Shown piece after piece: positions 15,458 to 24,678 of a stretch of DNA of 28,217 bases. A model generated the notes under the pieces. That model saw only the letters and a program-made list of their open reading frames with translations. It was not told the origin of the DNA and did not search any database. The position numbers and the translations under genes are program-made. How positions within the stretch are numbered: position 1 is the first letter of the stretch; each line of letters begins with the position of its first letter. This stretch comes from Dehalococcoidia bacterium (GTDB taxonomy: Bacteria; Chloroflexota; Dehalococcoidia; DSTF01; JACRBR01): positions 62,001 to 90,217 of the forward strand of contig JBGQBE010000007.1 in assembly GCA_041494685.1 (NCBI GenBank), in the 5' to 3' direction.

Positions 15458-16693
15458 TCAGTCCGGAGCGGCAAGCTGCGGGCGGAAGACGTCGTTCACA
15501 GCCTCGTTCTGGCGGCCGGTTATGCCGTCGTAGGTCTCGGCGCGGACGCTGCCGTCGGGACGCGTATAGATGGCGCGTATGAACGGATAGTGCACGACGC
15601 GCACCTGGCCGATCCGGGCGCCGGGCCAGTACGCCTCACAGGCGGACGCGACGGCCCCCGGCTCGGTGGCGGCGCGCGATGGCGCATCGATGCCCGTCTC
15701 GACTTCTTCGCGCACGTCCAGGATCTCCGAAATCGCAGGGAGGGCTGTGGCATCGGGCGGCACCGGGCGCACGGCGCGGAAGCTCGGCGGGCGCTCCTCC
15801 ACCTGCACCAGTAGATCCTTCGCCCGAAGCGCAGCCACCGCGCGCTTGACACGCGCGTCCGGCACGCCGGTCGTGGCGAGGTCGGCATACCCGAACGTGC
15901 GCCCCCCGGCCGCCTGCATCACCTTGAGTTCCTCGCCGCTGAGGTCGCGCAGCCAGTCGTGCGCGTACGAGAGACCGCCCGCCGCGTCGGCCGTAACAAG
16001 CGAGCCGCGCACCGCGTCGAAGCTGACGCAGGTGCGCAACGTGCGCGTGACTTCTTCCTTCTTGAAGAGGCCGACGCGCTGCGTCCCGGTGGACTGCACC
16101 TCGAGTTCCACGTCGTAATAGCGGTGATAGAACGGACGCACGTCCGACAGCGTCTCGACTACCCTGCCCAAGCCGAGGACACCGCGAGCCCGCTTCTGCA
16201 CCGCCCGCTCCAGCTCGGCACGCAACGCTTCCGCGTCGATCGTCGGCGCGACGCCGCGCTCGATGACCGCGAGGTGGCGCCGCTCGCCGCCTTCGACGGA
16301 GGTGATTTCCATCTCACCGAGCAGGCGCTGGAGCTTCGCGCGATCCCACAGGTCGATCGCGCGACCCTCCGCCGTCTTCACAGCGTCGGCGGTGAAGTGG
16401 CTGGTCGTGACGATGATGCCGCGGTCCGCGCCGACGTCATCGACGATCTGGATGAGCTTCATGATCCGGTCTTTGTCGACACCCGACTGGTAGGCCTTCG
16501 CCTCGACGATCACCAGTGTGGTGTGCAACGGCGCAACGTAGCGCACCAGGACGTCGACCTGGTGCCGGGCGCCGGAGCGTCCGGTCAGCCAGGCGTTGTG
16601 CACGACCTCGTAGCCCCGCTGCTCGAACAGCCGCGCCAGTCGCTGCTCGAACGCGAGCCCCTTCGCGGTGGGCGTGACGCCGGGATCGTTCAT
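15458..16693 (-). CDS. Mrr-like PD-(D/E)XK restriction endonuclease domain protein with an uncharacterised C-terminal region
   Basis: GLAFEQRLARLFEQRGYEV...GRSGARHQVDV...IVEAK...GIIVTTSHFTADAVKTA...IDLWD is an Mrr_cat pattern. GGAG RBS and TATACT -10 (16716-16711); alternative start at 16699. Confidence 0.8.
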   Translation of the reverse strand: MNDPGVTPTAKGLAFEQRLARLFEQRGYEVVHNAWLTGRSGARHQVDVLVRYVAPLHTTLVIVEAKAYQSGVDKDRIMKLIQIVDDVGADRGIIVTTSHFTADAVKTAEGRAIDLWDRAKLQRLLGEMEITSVEGGERRHLAVIERGVAPTIDAEALRAELERAVQKRARGVLGLGRVVETLSDVRPFYHRYYDVELEVQSTGTQRVGLFKKEEVTRTLRTCVSFDAVRGSLVTADAAGGLSYAHDWLRDLSGEELKVMQAAGGRTFGYADLATTGVPDARVKRAVAALRAKDLLVQVEERPPSFRAVRPVPPDATALPAISEILDVREEVETGIDAPSRAATEPGAVASACEAYWPGARIGQVRVVHYPFIRAIYTRPDGSVRAETYDGITGRQNEAVNDVFRPQLAAPD

Positions 16694-16776
16694 GCGCATG
16701 CTCCAGCGCGAGTATACCGGCACGCGCGAGCACCGTGCGTTTGGCCGCACAGAGGGGTAGGTATGGCGGGCGCCGA

Positions 16777-17217
16777 TCAGCGCAGGCTCTTGGGGAAGCG
16801 CTGCCGGAAGTCGAGCACGCGCCAGGCGCGCGGGCGCACGCGGATGCGCCGCTGCTCCTTCACCCGCATGCCGGCGAGATACGCGTCCTTCGCCGCGCCC
16901 AGGTAGCGCGCGACGACATCGGGGTATTCGGGCGCCATGCCCTGCGTCGGCTCCACCACGGCATCGCCGTCGACGAGCAGTACGTGGTATGGCGGCGTGC
17001 TGGAGTCGATCGTCAGCGAGACGGCGCCGTTGGCGGCGAGCGCGGGCACCTTGTCGGCCTTCGGGCCGGTGATCATGATGAATTCGCCGCCGATGTACTG
17101 GAACCAGATCGGCACGACGTGCGGGCGGCCGTTCAGGCCGATGTACGCCAGGCGCGCGAGGTTCGGGCCGGCGAGCAGCCCGGCGACGACGGGGTCATCC
17201 AGCGGGATCGGCTCCAT
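16777..17217 (-). CDS. Pyridoxamine 5'-phosphate oxidase-like (PPOX/FDOR, possibly F420-binding) protein
   Basis: ARLAYIGLNGRPHVVPIWF...KVPALAANGAVSLTID split-barrel pattern; TGATG overlap with the upstream gene. Confidence 0.82.
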   Translation of the reverse strand: MEPIPLDDPVVAGLLAGPNLARLAYIGLNGRPHVVPIWFQYIGGEFIMITGPKADKVPALAANGAVSLTIDSSTPPYHVLLVDGDAVVEPTQGMAPEYPDVVARYLGAAKDAYLAGMRVKEQRRIRVRPRAWRVLDFRQRFPKSLR

Positions 17218-17789
17218 CAACTCGTCATCCCCTTCAGGCCGACGAGCGCGCGCCCATGCTCGATCTCGCCCATGTGGCGCAGGCCGTGCTGGTACACGAA
17301 GCACTCCAGCACCTCAAGCTTGCGCAGCGGTGCGCCCGGGCCGATGACGATGGCACAGAACGTGGCGAGCATGTTCGGCGGTAGTTGCGGCAGCAGCGCA
17401 TCCGCGAGCATGTCGGCGGTCACGGTCTCCAGCACGCGGTCCGTACGCGCGAGCACGTCCGCCTGGTACGCGCGCCACGCGTCGAAGTCGGCGAAGCGTA
17501 TGCCCTCCATCTCGTCGACGCTCTCCTCACGGCCGAGTCGATCGACGGTCACGCCCACCTTCGCCGCCCAGCCGCCGGATTCCCAGAGCGTCGGCTGACG
17601 CAGGAACGGGCCGCTGATCGACTGATCCTGCGAGCGGATGTAGTGGCTGAGGCTGAACGCGATCGGCAGCACGCCGGCGCGCTCCTGGTGGTTCACGTGC
17701 TCCAGCGTCATGTCCTCGATCACGCGCTGCCAGAGCATGTTGAGCGCGCGGATGCGGTTGGAGAGTGACGTGACGAAGATGTCGGACAT
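17217..17789 (-). CDS. DinB/YfiT-superfamily protein
   Basis: AAGGA RBS. His triad pattern IAFSLSHY...YQHGLRHMGEIE in a helical protein. Confidence 0.72.
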   Translation of the reverse strand: MSDIFVTSLSNRIRALNMLWQRVIEDMTLEHVNHQERAGVLPIAFSLSHYIRSQDQSISGPFLRQPTLWESGGWAAKVGVTVDRLGREESVDEMEGIRFADFDAWRAYQADVLARTDRVLETVTADMLADALLPQLPPNMLATFCAIVIGPGAPLRKLEVLECFVYQHGLRHMGEIEHGRALVGLKGMTS

Positions 17790-17850
17790 AGGCAGTTCCT
17801 TTCCAGAACTGGCATCTCTGTACCGGATCGGGCGGTTAGCCTCAACGCGC

Positions 17851-20800
17851 TTACCACGTGTCGATGCAGGGCCGCTTCTTCCCGACGGGCGGCGGTGCCT
17901 GCGGCACGGAGCGCAGCGCACCAAGCAGCCAGCGGCGCGAATCGACCGGATCGATCACGTCGTCGATCTCGAAGTGCGACGCCGTATTCACGGCCTTGCC
18001 GTGCTGGTACATGCGCTCGACCATCTGCTCGTACAGCGCCTTCCGTTCGGCCGGGTCGTCGATCGCCGCGAGTTCGTTGCGGTAGCCCAGCTTCACCGCG
18101 CCCTCCAGCCCCATGCCACCGAACTCGCCCGTCGGCCAGGAGACGGCGAAGAACGGCGCCTTGAAGCTGCCGCCGGCCATCGCCTGCGCGCCGAGGCCGT
18201 ACGCCTTGCGCAGCACGATCGTGAAGAACGGCACGGTGATGCTGGCGCCGGTGACGAACATACGCGAGGCGTGACGCACCAGCGCCGTCTTCTCCGCCTC
18301 GGGCCCCACCATGATGCCCGGCGTGTCGCAGAGGAACAGCAGCGGGGTATCGAAGGCGTCGCAGAGCTGCATGAAGCGCGCCGCCTTGTCCGCGCCGTCG
18401 CTGTCGATGGCGCCGGCAAGGTGCTGCGGATTGTTGGCGATGATGCCGATCGGACGGCCTTCGATGCGTGCGAGCGCGGTGACCATGCCGGGGCCGAAGC
18501 GCGGCCGCAGCTCCAGGACGCTGCCAGCGTCGGCCAGGGTATCGATCACGGTACGAACGTCGTAGATGCGGCGCCGGTTCTCCGGGATGATGCCGCGCAG
18601 CAGCCGCTGATCCGCGCACACCCAGTCACCCACGGATCCCTGGAAGTAGGACAGGTACTGCGTCGCCGCGCGCACCGCCGCCGCCTCGTCGCGCACCAGG
18701 ACGTCGATCACGCCGTTGCGCGACTGGACATCGACCGGGCCGATCTCGTCCGGGTGAAAGACACCCAGGCCGCCGCCTTCGATCATCGCGGGCCCGCCCA
18801 TACCGATGTTCGCGTCCTCGGTCGCGATCACCACGTCGCAGCAGCCGAGCAGCGCCGCGTTTCCGGCGAAGCAGCGGCCCGAGACGATGCCGACGAGCGG
18901 CACGAGCCCGCTGAGCTTGCCGAAGTACTGGAAGGCGAGGCAGTCCAGACCTGAAACGCCGAGACCGTCCGTGTCACCGGGCCGTCCGCCGCCGCCCTCC
19001 GTGAAGAACACGACGGGCAGCCGCCACTTCTCCGCAAGCTCGAACATGCGGTCCTTCTTGCGGTGGTTCTGCGATCCCTGCGTCCCGGCCAGCACCGTGT
19101 AGTCGTACGACATGGCGATGACGCGGGCGCGCGACTCGCCGACGAGGTCCGCGTTAACCGTGCCGATGCCCGCGACCAGGCCGTCGGCGGGCGTGCGCTC
19201 GATCAGCTCTTCGACCGGCCGCCTGCGCCGCTGCGCCGCGATCACCAGCGGCCCGTACTCGACGAACGAGCCGGGATCGCACAGGTCGTCGATGTTCTCG
19301 CGCGTGGTGCGCTGCCCCGTCGCGCGGCGGCGGGCGACCGCGTCGGGCCGCGCGGCGTCGAGCCCGAAGGCGTGGCGCTGCCGCACCTCCGCCAGGTCGG
19401 CGCGGACGGCGTCGAGGTCCGCCTGCTCGGCGATGGCGTCAGCCTCGTCGCCCACGTCCGCCTGCTCGATGAATGCGAGCGGGTGCCCCTCGAACACCGC
19501 ATCGCCCACGGCGACGGCGAGCCGCCGGACGAAGCCGCCGGCGTCGGAGGCGACGACGTGCTCCATCTTCATCGCCTCCATCACCAGCAGCCGCTGTCCC
19601 CTGCGCACGAGGTCACCCTCGCGCACGTCGATCGCGATGACCGTGCCCTGGATCGGCGCGCGCACCGCGACCGTGCCTTCGGGCGCATCGGGCGTGATCG
19701 CGCGGGCCGGCGCGCCACCCGACTTGCCGTGCTGCAGCACTGCCAACGGGTCGGCGGTGTCGATACGCGCGCCAGCGAGCGCCGTGCCTCGCTCGGCCAC
19801 CCCGGCGAAGAAGAGGCGCGCGTGGGCGTCGCTATCGCTTTCCGCGAGATCGGTGCTGTGGTCCTCGACGAAGCGGGTATACGTGCGCCCCGCGATGACG
19901 TCCGGGTGCAGCAGCAGGTTCTGGAGGAACGGGACGTTCGTCTCCACACCCTCGATGCGGAACTCACACAGCGCACGGTAGGCGCGCGCGACGGCACCGC
20001 CGAAGTCCGGCGCATGCGCGATCACCTTGGCCAGCAGCGAGTCGAACGCCGGGCTGGTCGCATTGCCCGCGTAGCCGCACGAATCGACGCGCAGCCCCGG
20101 TCCGGACGGCGGCTCGAAGACCGTCAGCGTGCCGCCGGCCGGGCGCACCGATCCGTCGGCCTGAGGCGTCTCCATGTTGACGCGGAGTTGTATGGCGTAG
20201 CCGCGCGGCGCGGGCACGTCGGCCTGCGTGAGCTTCAGGTCTGCCAGCGACGCACCAGCGGCGAGACGCAACTGCGCCTGCACGAGATCGATGCCGATCG
20301 CCTCTTCCGTGACCGTGTGCTCCACCTGGAGGCGCGGGTTCGCCTCTATGAAGTAGTACGGCGCGTCGTCGGCATCGGCACCAGCGTCGATGAGGAACTC
20401 GAACGTGCCGGCGCCCGCGTATCGCAGGTCGGCGGCCATGCGGACCGCGGCCGACGTGAGCCGCACGCGCAGTCCGGCGTCCAGATCGGGCGCGGGCGCG
20501 ATCTCGACGAGCTTCTGGTGGCGGCGCTGGAGCGTGCAGTCGCGTTCCCAGAGGTGGCTCACCGCGCCGCTCCCGTCGCCCAGCACCTGCACTTCGATGT
20601 GGCGCGCGCGCGGGATCAGGCGCTCCGCGTACACGTCGCCACGGCCGAAGGCGGCGCGAGCCTCCGACCGGCAGCGCTCGTATGCCTCCGCGATCTCGTC
20701 CTCGCGATGCACGATGCGCACGCCGCGGCCGCCGCCGCCAGCGACCGCCTTGATCATCATCGCGCCGCCGGGGCCAAGCGACGCGAAGAACGCGCGCGCG

Positions 20801-21225
20801 TCTTCTATCGTGATGGCGCCGCCGGTGCCGGGCAGGACGGGCACACCGAGACGCTCCGCAAGCGCACGGGCACGCGCCTTGTCGCCAAGCGCCTCGAGCA
20901 CCTCCGGCCGCGGGCCGACGAAGGTGATGCCCGCTTCGGCGCAGCGCCGGGCGAAGGCGGCGTTCTCGCTGAGGAAGCCATAGCCGGGGTGGACGGCGTC
21001 GCAGCCCGCTTCGCGCGCGACGGCGATGATCTGATCCATGTCCAGATACGCCGGCGGCCCGGCGCCCCGCAGCGGTCGAGCGTCGTCGGCGCGACGCACG
21101 TGCAGGGCGCGCGCGTCGTCCTCGGAGAACACGGCGATGCTGCGGATGCCCAGCTCGGCCGCCGCCCGCATGACCCGGACGGCGATCTCGCCGCGGTTGG
21201 CAACCAGGAGACTCGTTATGGTCAT
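17851..21225 (-). CDS. Single-chain biotin-dependent acyl-CoA carboxylase (BC-BCCP-CT fusion, LCC-like)
   Basis: BC motifs ANRGEIA, HPGYGFLSEN, GGGGRG, RDCTLQRRHQK and NPRLQVEHTVTE; biotinylation motif EAMKM; CT motifs YDYTVLAGTQG and DTPGIMVG. Confidence 0.93.
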   Translation of the reverse strand: MTITSLLVANRGEIAVRVMRAAAELGIRSIAVFSEDDARALHVRRADDARPLRGAGPPAYLDMDQIIAVAREAGCDAVHPGYGFLSENAAFARRCAEAGITFVGPRPEVLEALGDKARARALAERLGVPVLPGTGGAITIEDARAFFASLGPGGAMMIKAVAGGGGRGVRIVHREDEIAEAYERCRSEARAAFGRGDVYAERLIPRARHIEVQVLGDGSGAVSHLWERDCTLQRRHQKLVEIAPAPDLDAGLRVRLTSAAVRMAADLRYAGAGTFEFLIDAGADADDAPYYFIEANPRLQVEHTVTEEAIGIDLVQAQLRLAAGASLADLKLTQADVPAPRGYAIQLRVNMETPQADGSVRPAGGTLTVFEPPSGPGLRVDSCGYAGNATSPAFDSLLAKVIAHAPDFGGAVARAYRALCEFRIEGVETNVPFLQNLLLHPDVIAGRTYTRFVEDHSTDLAESDSDAHARLFFAGVAERGTALAGARIDTADPLAVLQHGKSGGAPARAITPDAPEGTVAVRAPIQGTVIAIDVREGDLVRRGQRLLVMEAMKMEHVVASDAGGFVRRLAVAVGDAVFEGHPLAFIEQADVGDEADAIAEQADLDAVRADLAEVRQRHAFGLDAARPDAVARRRATGQRTTRENIDDLCDPGSFVEYGPLVIAAQRRRRPVEELIERTPADGLVAGIGTVNADLVGESRARVIAMSYDYTVLAGTQGSQNHRKKDRMFELAEKWRLPVVFFTEGGGGRPGDTDGLGVSGLDCLAFQYFGKLSGLVPLVGIVSGRCFAGNAALLGCCDVVIATEDANIGMGGPAMIEGGGLGVFHPDEIGPVDVQSRNGVIDVLVRDEAAAVRAATQYLSYFQGSVGDWVCADQRLLRGIIPENRRRIYDVRTVIDTLADAGSVLELRPRFGPGMVTALARIEGRPIGIIANNPQHLAGAIDSDGADKAARFMQLCDAFDTPLLFLCDTPGIMVGPEAEKTALVRHASRMFVTGASITVPFFTIVLRKAYGLGAQAMAGGSFKAPFFAVSWPTGEFGGMGLEGAVKLGYRNELAAIDDPAERKALYEQMVERMYQHGKAVNTASHFEIDDVIDPVDSRRWLLGALRSVPQAPPPVGKKRPCIDTW

Positions 21226-21300
21226 GGCACCGGCTTTCTGCTGGGCGGCACGGGCCTTCCAACGCCGCGCCGCATCTTATCTCTGATCGCATCCTTTGAA

Positions 21301-21340
21301 CCCCCTCACCCCAGCCCTCTCCCACGAGGAGAGAGAGGAG
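21301..21340. repeat. REP-like extragenic element of the CCCTCACCCCnnCCCTCTCCC-loop-GGAGAG type
   Basis: CCCCCTCACCCCAGCCCTCTCCCACGAGGAGAGAGAGG is a pyrimidine leader plus CTCTCC/GGAGAG hairpin; single copy in this window. Confidence 0.55.
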
Positions 21341-21440
21341 GTCCCCCCTACCTGCGCGGCGCTACGCAGACGGCGCAATAGCACGTATCCTTCGGCTGCA
21401 GGTGCCGGGACCGGCGCCCGTTCATTCCTGCGAGGGAACA

Positions 21441-22520
21441 TTGCGTCCAGGCAGCAGCGACCAGCGCATTCTCATCGTCTCCGATACGTTGCCGCCCGAT
21501 CCGAACGGCATCGCGCTTATCGCGTTTCACACGGCGGAGATCCTGGCGAAGACCAACCGCGTGCACGTGCTGGGGCCGGCGGGTGACGCGCTCTCGGATT
21601 CCGTGACGCAGACCAGCGTCCGGCGGCTGCCCTTCGGCACGCCGGATCTCCACGTCCCTCACCCCGCGTTTCGCCGCGTGTCGCGAGCCGTGGCGGCAGC
21701 GGATCGCGTGGTCGTGCATACGCCGGGGCCGCTGGGTTTCCTCGCGCTGTACTTCGCGCGCCGGCAGGGCAAGCACAGCACGCTCTTCCTCCACAATGAT
21801 TACCCCGCCTTGCTGCGCTATGGGCTTCCGCACACGCCGGCCGCGCCGATCGTCGACTGGGTGGCGGCGCGACTCGAACGGTGGGGCGCCAGCATCGCGA
21901 CGCGCGTCGTCGCGCCGTGGGGCGATCCGGACGGCGCGTACGAAGTGCTCCGGCTTGATCCTCCGCGATCGCCGATCGCCGCGTCGGCCGGCGGTGGCAA
22001 CGGACACATCACGGTCGCCTACCACGGGAGGGTGTCGCGTGAGAAGGCGTTGGACGCGACCGTGCGCGCGATCCGCGCCGCCGACCCGCAGCACGGCCGG
22101 CTGCGCTTCCGCATCATCGGCGACGGCAGCCAGCTGGCGTCGACGCTCCAGCTGGCGGACACGCTGGGCGTGCCCGTCGAGCATGTGCCCTGGTGCGCGG
22201 ATCCGCGGCCGGCGCTCTGCGACGCGCAGATCTACGTCACCGCGTCGCGCACCGAGACGTTCTCGATGACCACGCTGGAGGCGATCGGCTGCGGCCTGCC
22301 GCTGATCGCACGCAGCGTCGGGCAGATCCCCAGCTACGTGCAGCACGATGTCAACGGGTTGCTCTTCGATTCCGACGAGCAACTCCCCGACCTGCTCGAC
22401 GCACTGGCGAGCGATACCGGCGCGCGCGTACGGCTATCGGCCGCCGCGCAGGCCTCGGCGAGCGACCGCACGCTCTGGGAGCAATTCGCTGAGGCGTCCC
22501 TCGGCGCGCCCGTCTCCTGA
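21441..22520 (+). CDS. GT4-family glycosyltransferase (GT-B fold; MgtA/PimB-like)
   Basis: RILIVSDTLPPDPNGI, HTPGPLG, YHGRVSREK and EX7E motif ETFSMTTLEA. Probable TTG start after GAGGG (start uncertain). Confidence 0.88.
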   Translation: MRPGSSDQRILIVSDTLPPDPNGIALIAFHTAEILAKTNRVHVLGPAGDALSDSVTQTSVRRLPFGTPDLHVPHPAFRRVSRAVAAADRVVVHTPGPLGFLALYFARRQGKHSTLFLHNDYPALLRYGLPHTPAAPIVDWVAARLERWGASIATRVVAPWGDPDGAYEVLRLDPPRSPIAASAGGGNGHITVAYHGRVSREKALDATVRAIRAADPQHGRLRFRIIGDGSQLASTLQLADTLGVPVEHVPWCADPRPALCDAQIYVTASRTETFSMTTLEAIGCGLPLIARSVGQIPSYVQHDVNGLLFDSDEQLPDLLDALASDTGARVRLSAAAQASASDRTLWEQFAEASLGAPVS

Positions 22521-23224
22521 TGCGCGCGATCATCTGGTCCGTCCACGACGTGACGCCTTCGACGCTCGACCGCACCGCGGAGATCGTGGATCTGCTGGTG
22601 GCGTCCGGCGGGCGATCGCTCGCGATCCTGGTCGTGCCCGACGGCGACTGGACATCCGATCACCTCAACACACTTCGATCGTGGGAGCGGGCGGGCCACA
22701 TCCTCGCGGCGCACGGCTGGTCGCATCGTGCGCTGCCCCCGCGTGGCGTCTACCACCGGCTGCATGCCGCGCTCCTGTCGCGCGACGCCGCGGAGCACCT
22801 GGGCCGGCCGCGGGACGAGGTGCTGGACATCGTGCGCCGCAGCCAAGCGTGGTTCACGGACGCCGGCCTGCAGCCGCCACGCCTCTACGTGCCGCCGGCA
22901 TGGGCGCTCGGGGCGTTGCCGCTCTCCGTGTTCGATGCGACCTCGTTCCAATGGGTCGAGACGTTGACCGGCATCTACGACACGAAGGGGGGGCGCTGGC
23001 ATCGCCTGCCGCTCGTCGGGTTCGAAGCGGACACGCGTGTGCGAGCATGGTCGCTGCGCGTGTCGAACGCAGCGAACCTGGCGCTAGGCGCGACGCTCCG
23101 TCGCCCGGTGCGCGTCGGCCTGCACCCGGACGACCTCACCCTCCTGCTCGCGCGGGAAGTGCGGGCGCTGGTTTCCTCGCCACACCGGCCGGTATCGCTG
23201 GCCGAGCTCGCTCACGCCAGATAG
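22520..23224 (+). CDS. DUF2334/polysaccharide deacetylase (CE4-like) protein
   Basis: SVHDVTP, HGWSH and YVPPAW NodB-like motifs; RVGLHPDD; TGATG overlap with the GT4 gene. Confidence 0.8.
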   Translation: MRAIIWSVHDVTPSTLDRTAEIVDLLVASGGRSLAILVVPDGDWTSDHLNTLRSWERAGHILAAHGWSHRALPPRGVYHRLHAALLSRDAAEHLGRPRDEVLDIVRRSQAWFTDAGLQPPRLYVPPAWALGALPLSVFDATSFQWVETLTGIYDTKGGRWHRLPLVGFEADTRVRAWSLRVSNAANLALGATLRRPVRVGLHPDDLTLLLAREVRALVSSPHRPVSLAELAHAR

Positions 23225-23347
23225 CCCACGCACGCCCGATGGCCCGTTCGGCCGCTCGTCTCCGGGCGGATTGCTCCTTCCCTATCATCCTGCCGATCGG
23301 GTAGCGTGAAACCCGATTCGCTGGTCCCCCAACACAGGAGCGTCACC

Positions 23348-24598
23348 ATGAAGATGAACGTCCATCCCATCCCGACGGTCTCGGACCGGATCAATGAGAT
23401 CCGGATGCTCACGGCCACCATCGTGAACAAGGAGATCCTGCCCTACGAGAACATGCTGTGGACGTGGCGGACGGACAGCCGCCTCACCGAGGCCGACGTC
23501 CAGGAAGCGCGGCACCGGCGCGATGAGATCAAGCGCAAGGTGAAGGAGGCAGGACTCTGGGCGCCGCACCTGCCGGTCGAGTACGGCGGCAGCGGGCTCA
23601 ACTTCCTCGAGCATGCGTACATGAACGAAGTGCTCGCGTACGCCTCCGGCGCGGCCGCGCTGTTCGGCGTCGTGGCACCGAACTCGGGCAACCAGACGAT
23701 CCTGGTGAAGTACGGCTCCGAGGAACAGAAGAGGAAGTGGCTCATCCCGCTCATCGAGGGGAAGATGGAGTCGGGCTTCTCGATGACCGAGCCGGACCAG
23801 CCGGGATCCGACCCACGCTCGCTGAAGACCACCGCCAAGCGCGACGGCGACGAGTGGGTGATCAACGGCCACAAGTGGTTCACGTCGAACGGCAAGCGCG
23901 CCGACTTCTTCATCGTCATGTGCCGCACGGACGACCCGGACGGGCCGGCGGAGCGCAACGGCAAGATGACGCAGATCATCGTCCCGAAGGATACGCCCGG
24001 AGTGAACATCATCCGCGGCGTGCCTGTGTGGGGCCAGGAGAGCGACCACTGCGAGATCATCTACGACAACGTGCGTGTGCCGGTGACGAACCAGCTCGGC
24101 CAGACCGGCACGGGCCACCAGGCGGCTCAGGACCGCCTGGGCGCCGGACGCGTGTTCCACTGCATGAACTCGGTTGGCCAGATGTGGCGCGCGTTCGACC
24201 TGATGGTGGAGCGCATGATGAGCCGCGAGGTCCACGGCGGCAAGCTCGAGACGAAGCAGTTCATGCAGGGCTTCATCGCTGACTCGTACATCGACATCCA
24301 GGCGGCGCGCTTGATGACGATCCACTGCGCCGAAATGATGGAGAACGGCGGCGACTCGCGCACCGAGATCTCCGCCATCAAGATCTTCGTCCCGTCGGCC
24401 TACACGCGCGTCGTCGACCGCGCCATCCAGGTGTGGGGCGCCGCGGGCGTGTCCGGAGACCTGCCGCTCGCGGGCATGTACCAGGGCGCGCGCACGCTGC
24501 GCATCGCGGACGGCCCCGACGAAGTGCACAAGATCCTGATCGCGAAGAACGTGCTCGCGCGTTACCACTCGGGCCAGAGTTGGGACTTCGGCAACTAG
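23348..24598 (+). CDS. Acyl-CoA dehydrogenase (ACAD10/11- or FadE2-like subfamily)
   Basis: CAGGAG RBS. Motifs APNSGN, FSMTEPDQPGSD, INGHKWFTS, AQDRLGAGR, VDRAIQVWGAAG and RIADGPDEVHK. Confidence 0.93.
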   Translation: MKMNVHPIPTVSDRINEIRMLTATIVNKEILPYENMLWTWRTDSRLTEADVQEARHRRDEIKRKVKEAGLWAPHLPVEYGGSGLNFLEHAYMNEVLAYASGAAALFGVVAPNSGNQTILVKYGSEEQKRKWLIPLIEGKMESGFSMTEPDQPGSDPRSLKTTAKRDGDEWVINGHKWFTSNGKRADFFIVMCRTDDPDGPAERNGKMTQIIVPKDTPGVNIIRGVPVWGQESDHCEIIYDNVRVPVTNQLGQTGTGHQAAQDRLGAGRVFHCMNSVGQMWRAFDLMVERMMSREVHGGKLETKQFMQGFIADSYIDIQAARLMTIHCAEMMENGGDSRTEISAIKIFVPSAYTRVVDRAIQVWGAAGVSGDLPLAGMYQGARTLRIADGPDEVHKILIAKNVLARYHSGQSWDFGN

Positions 24599-24643
24599 GA
24601 AGCGATCTGCCGTTAAAGATTGGCGATTAGTCGGAGTCTCATC

Positions 24644-24678
24644 GAAGGTGCGGGCCGTTAGTGGCGGTCCGCACCTTC
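24644..24678. terminator. Probable bidirectional terminator hairpin between the convergent ACAD and menE genes
   Basis: GAAGGTGCGGGCCG-7 nt-CGGTCCGCACCTTC, a 14-bp stem with one G-U pair, overlapping the menE stop. Confidence 0.6.

Noticed and set aside
19063..21381. 772-aa plus-strand ORF, and similar long antisense ORFs at 1116-2228, 3298-4494, 12994-14292, 17710-18954, 23285-24877 and 25030-26643
   Set aside because: These are antisense shadows of well-supported genes. High-GC codon bias removes stops on the opposite strand, and the translations show no family motifs.
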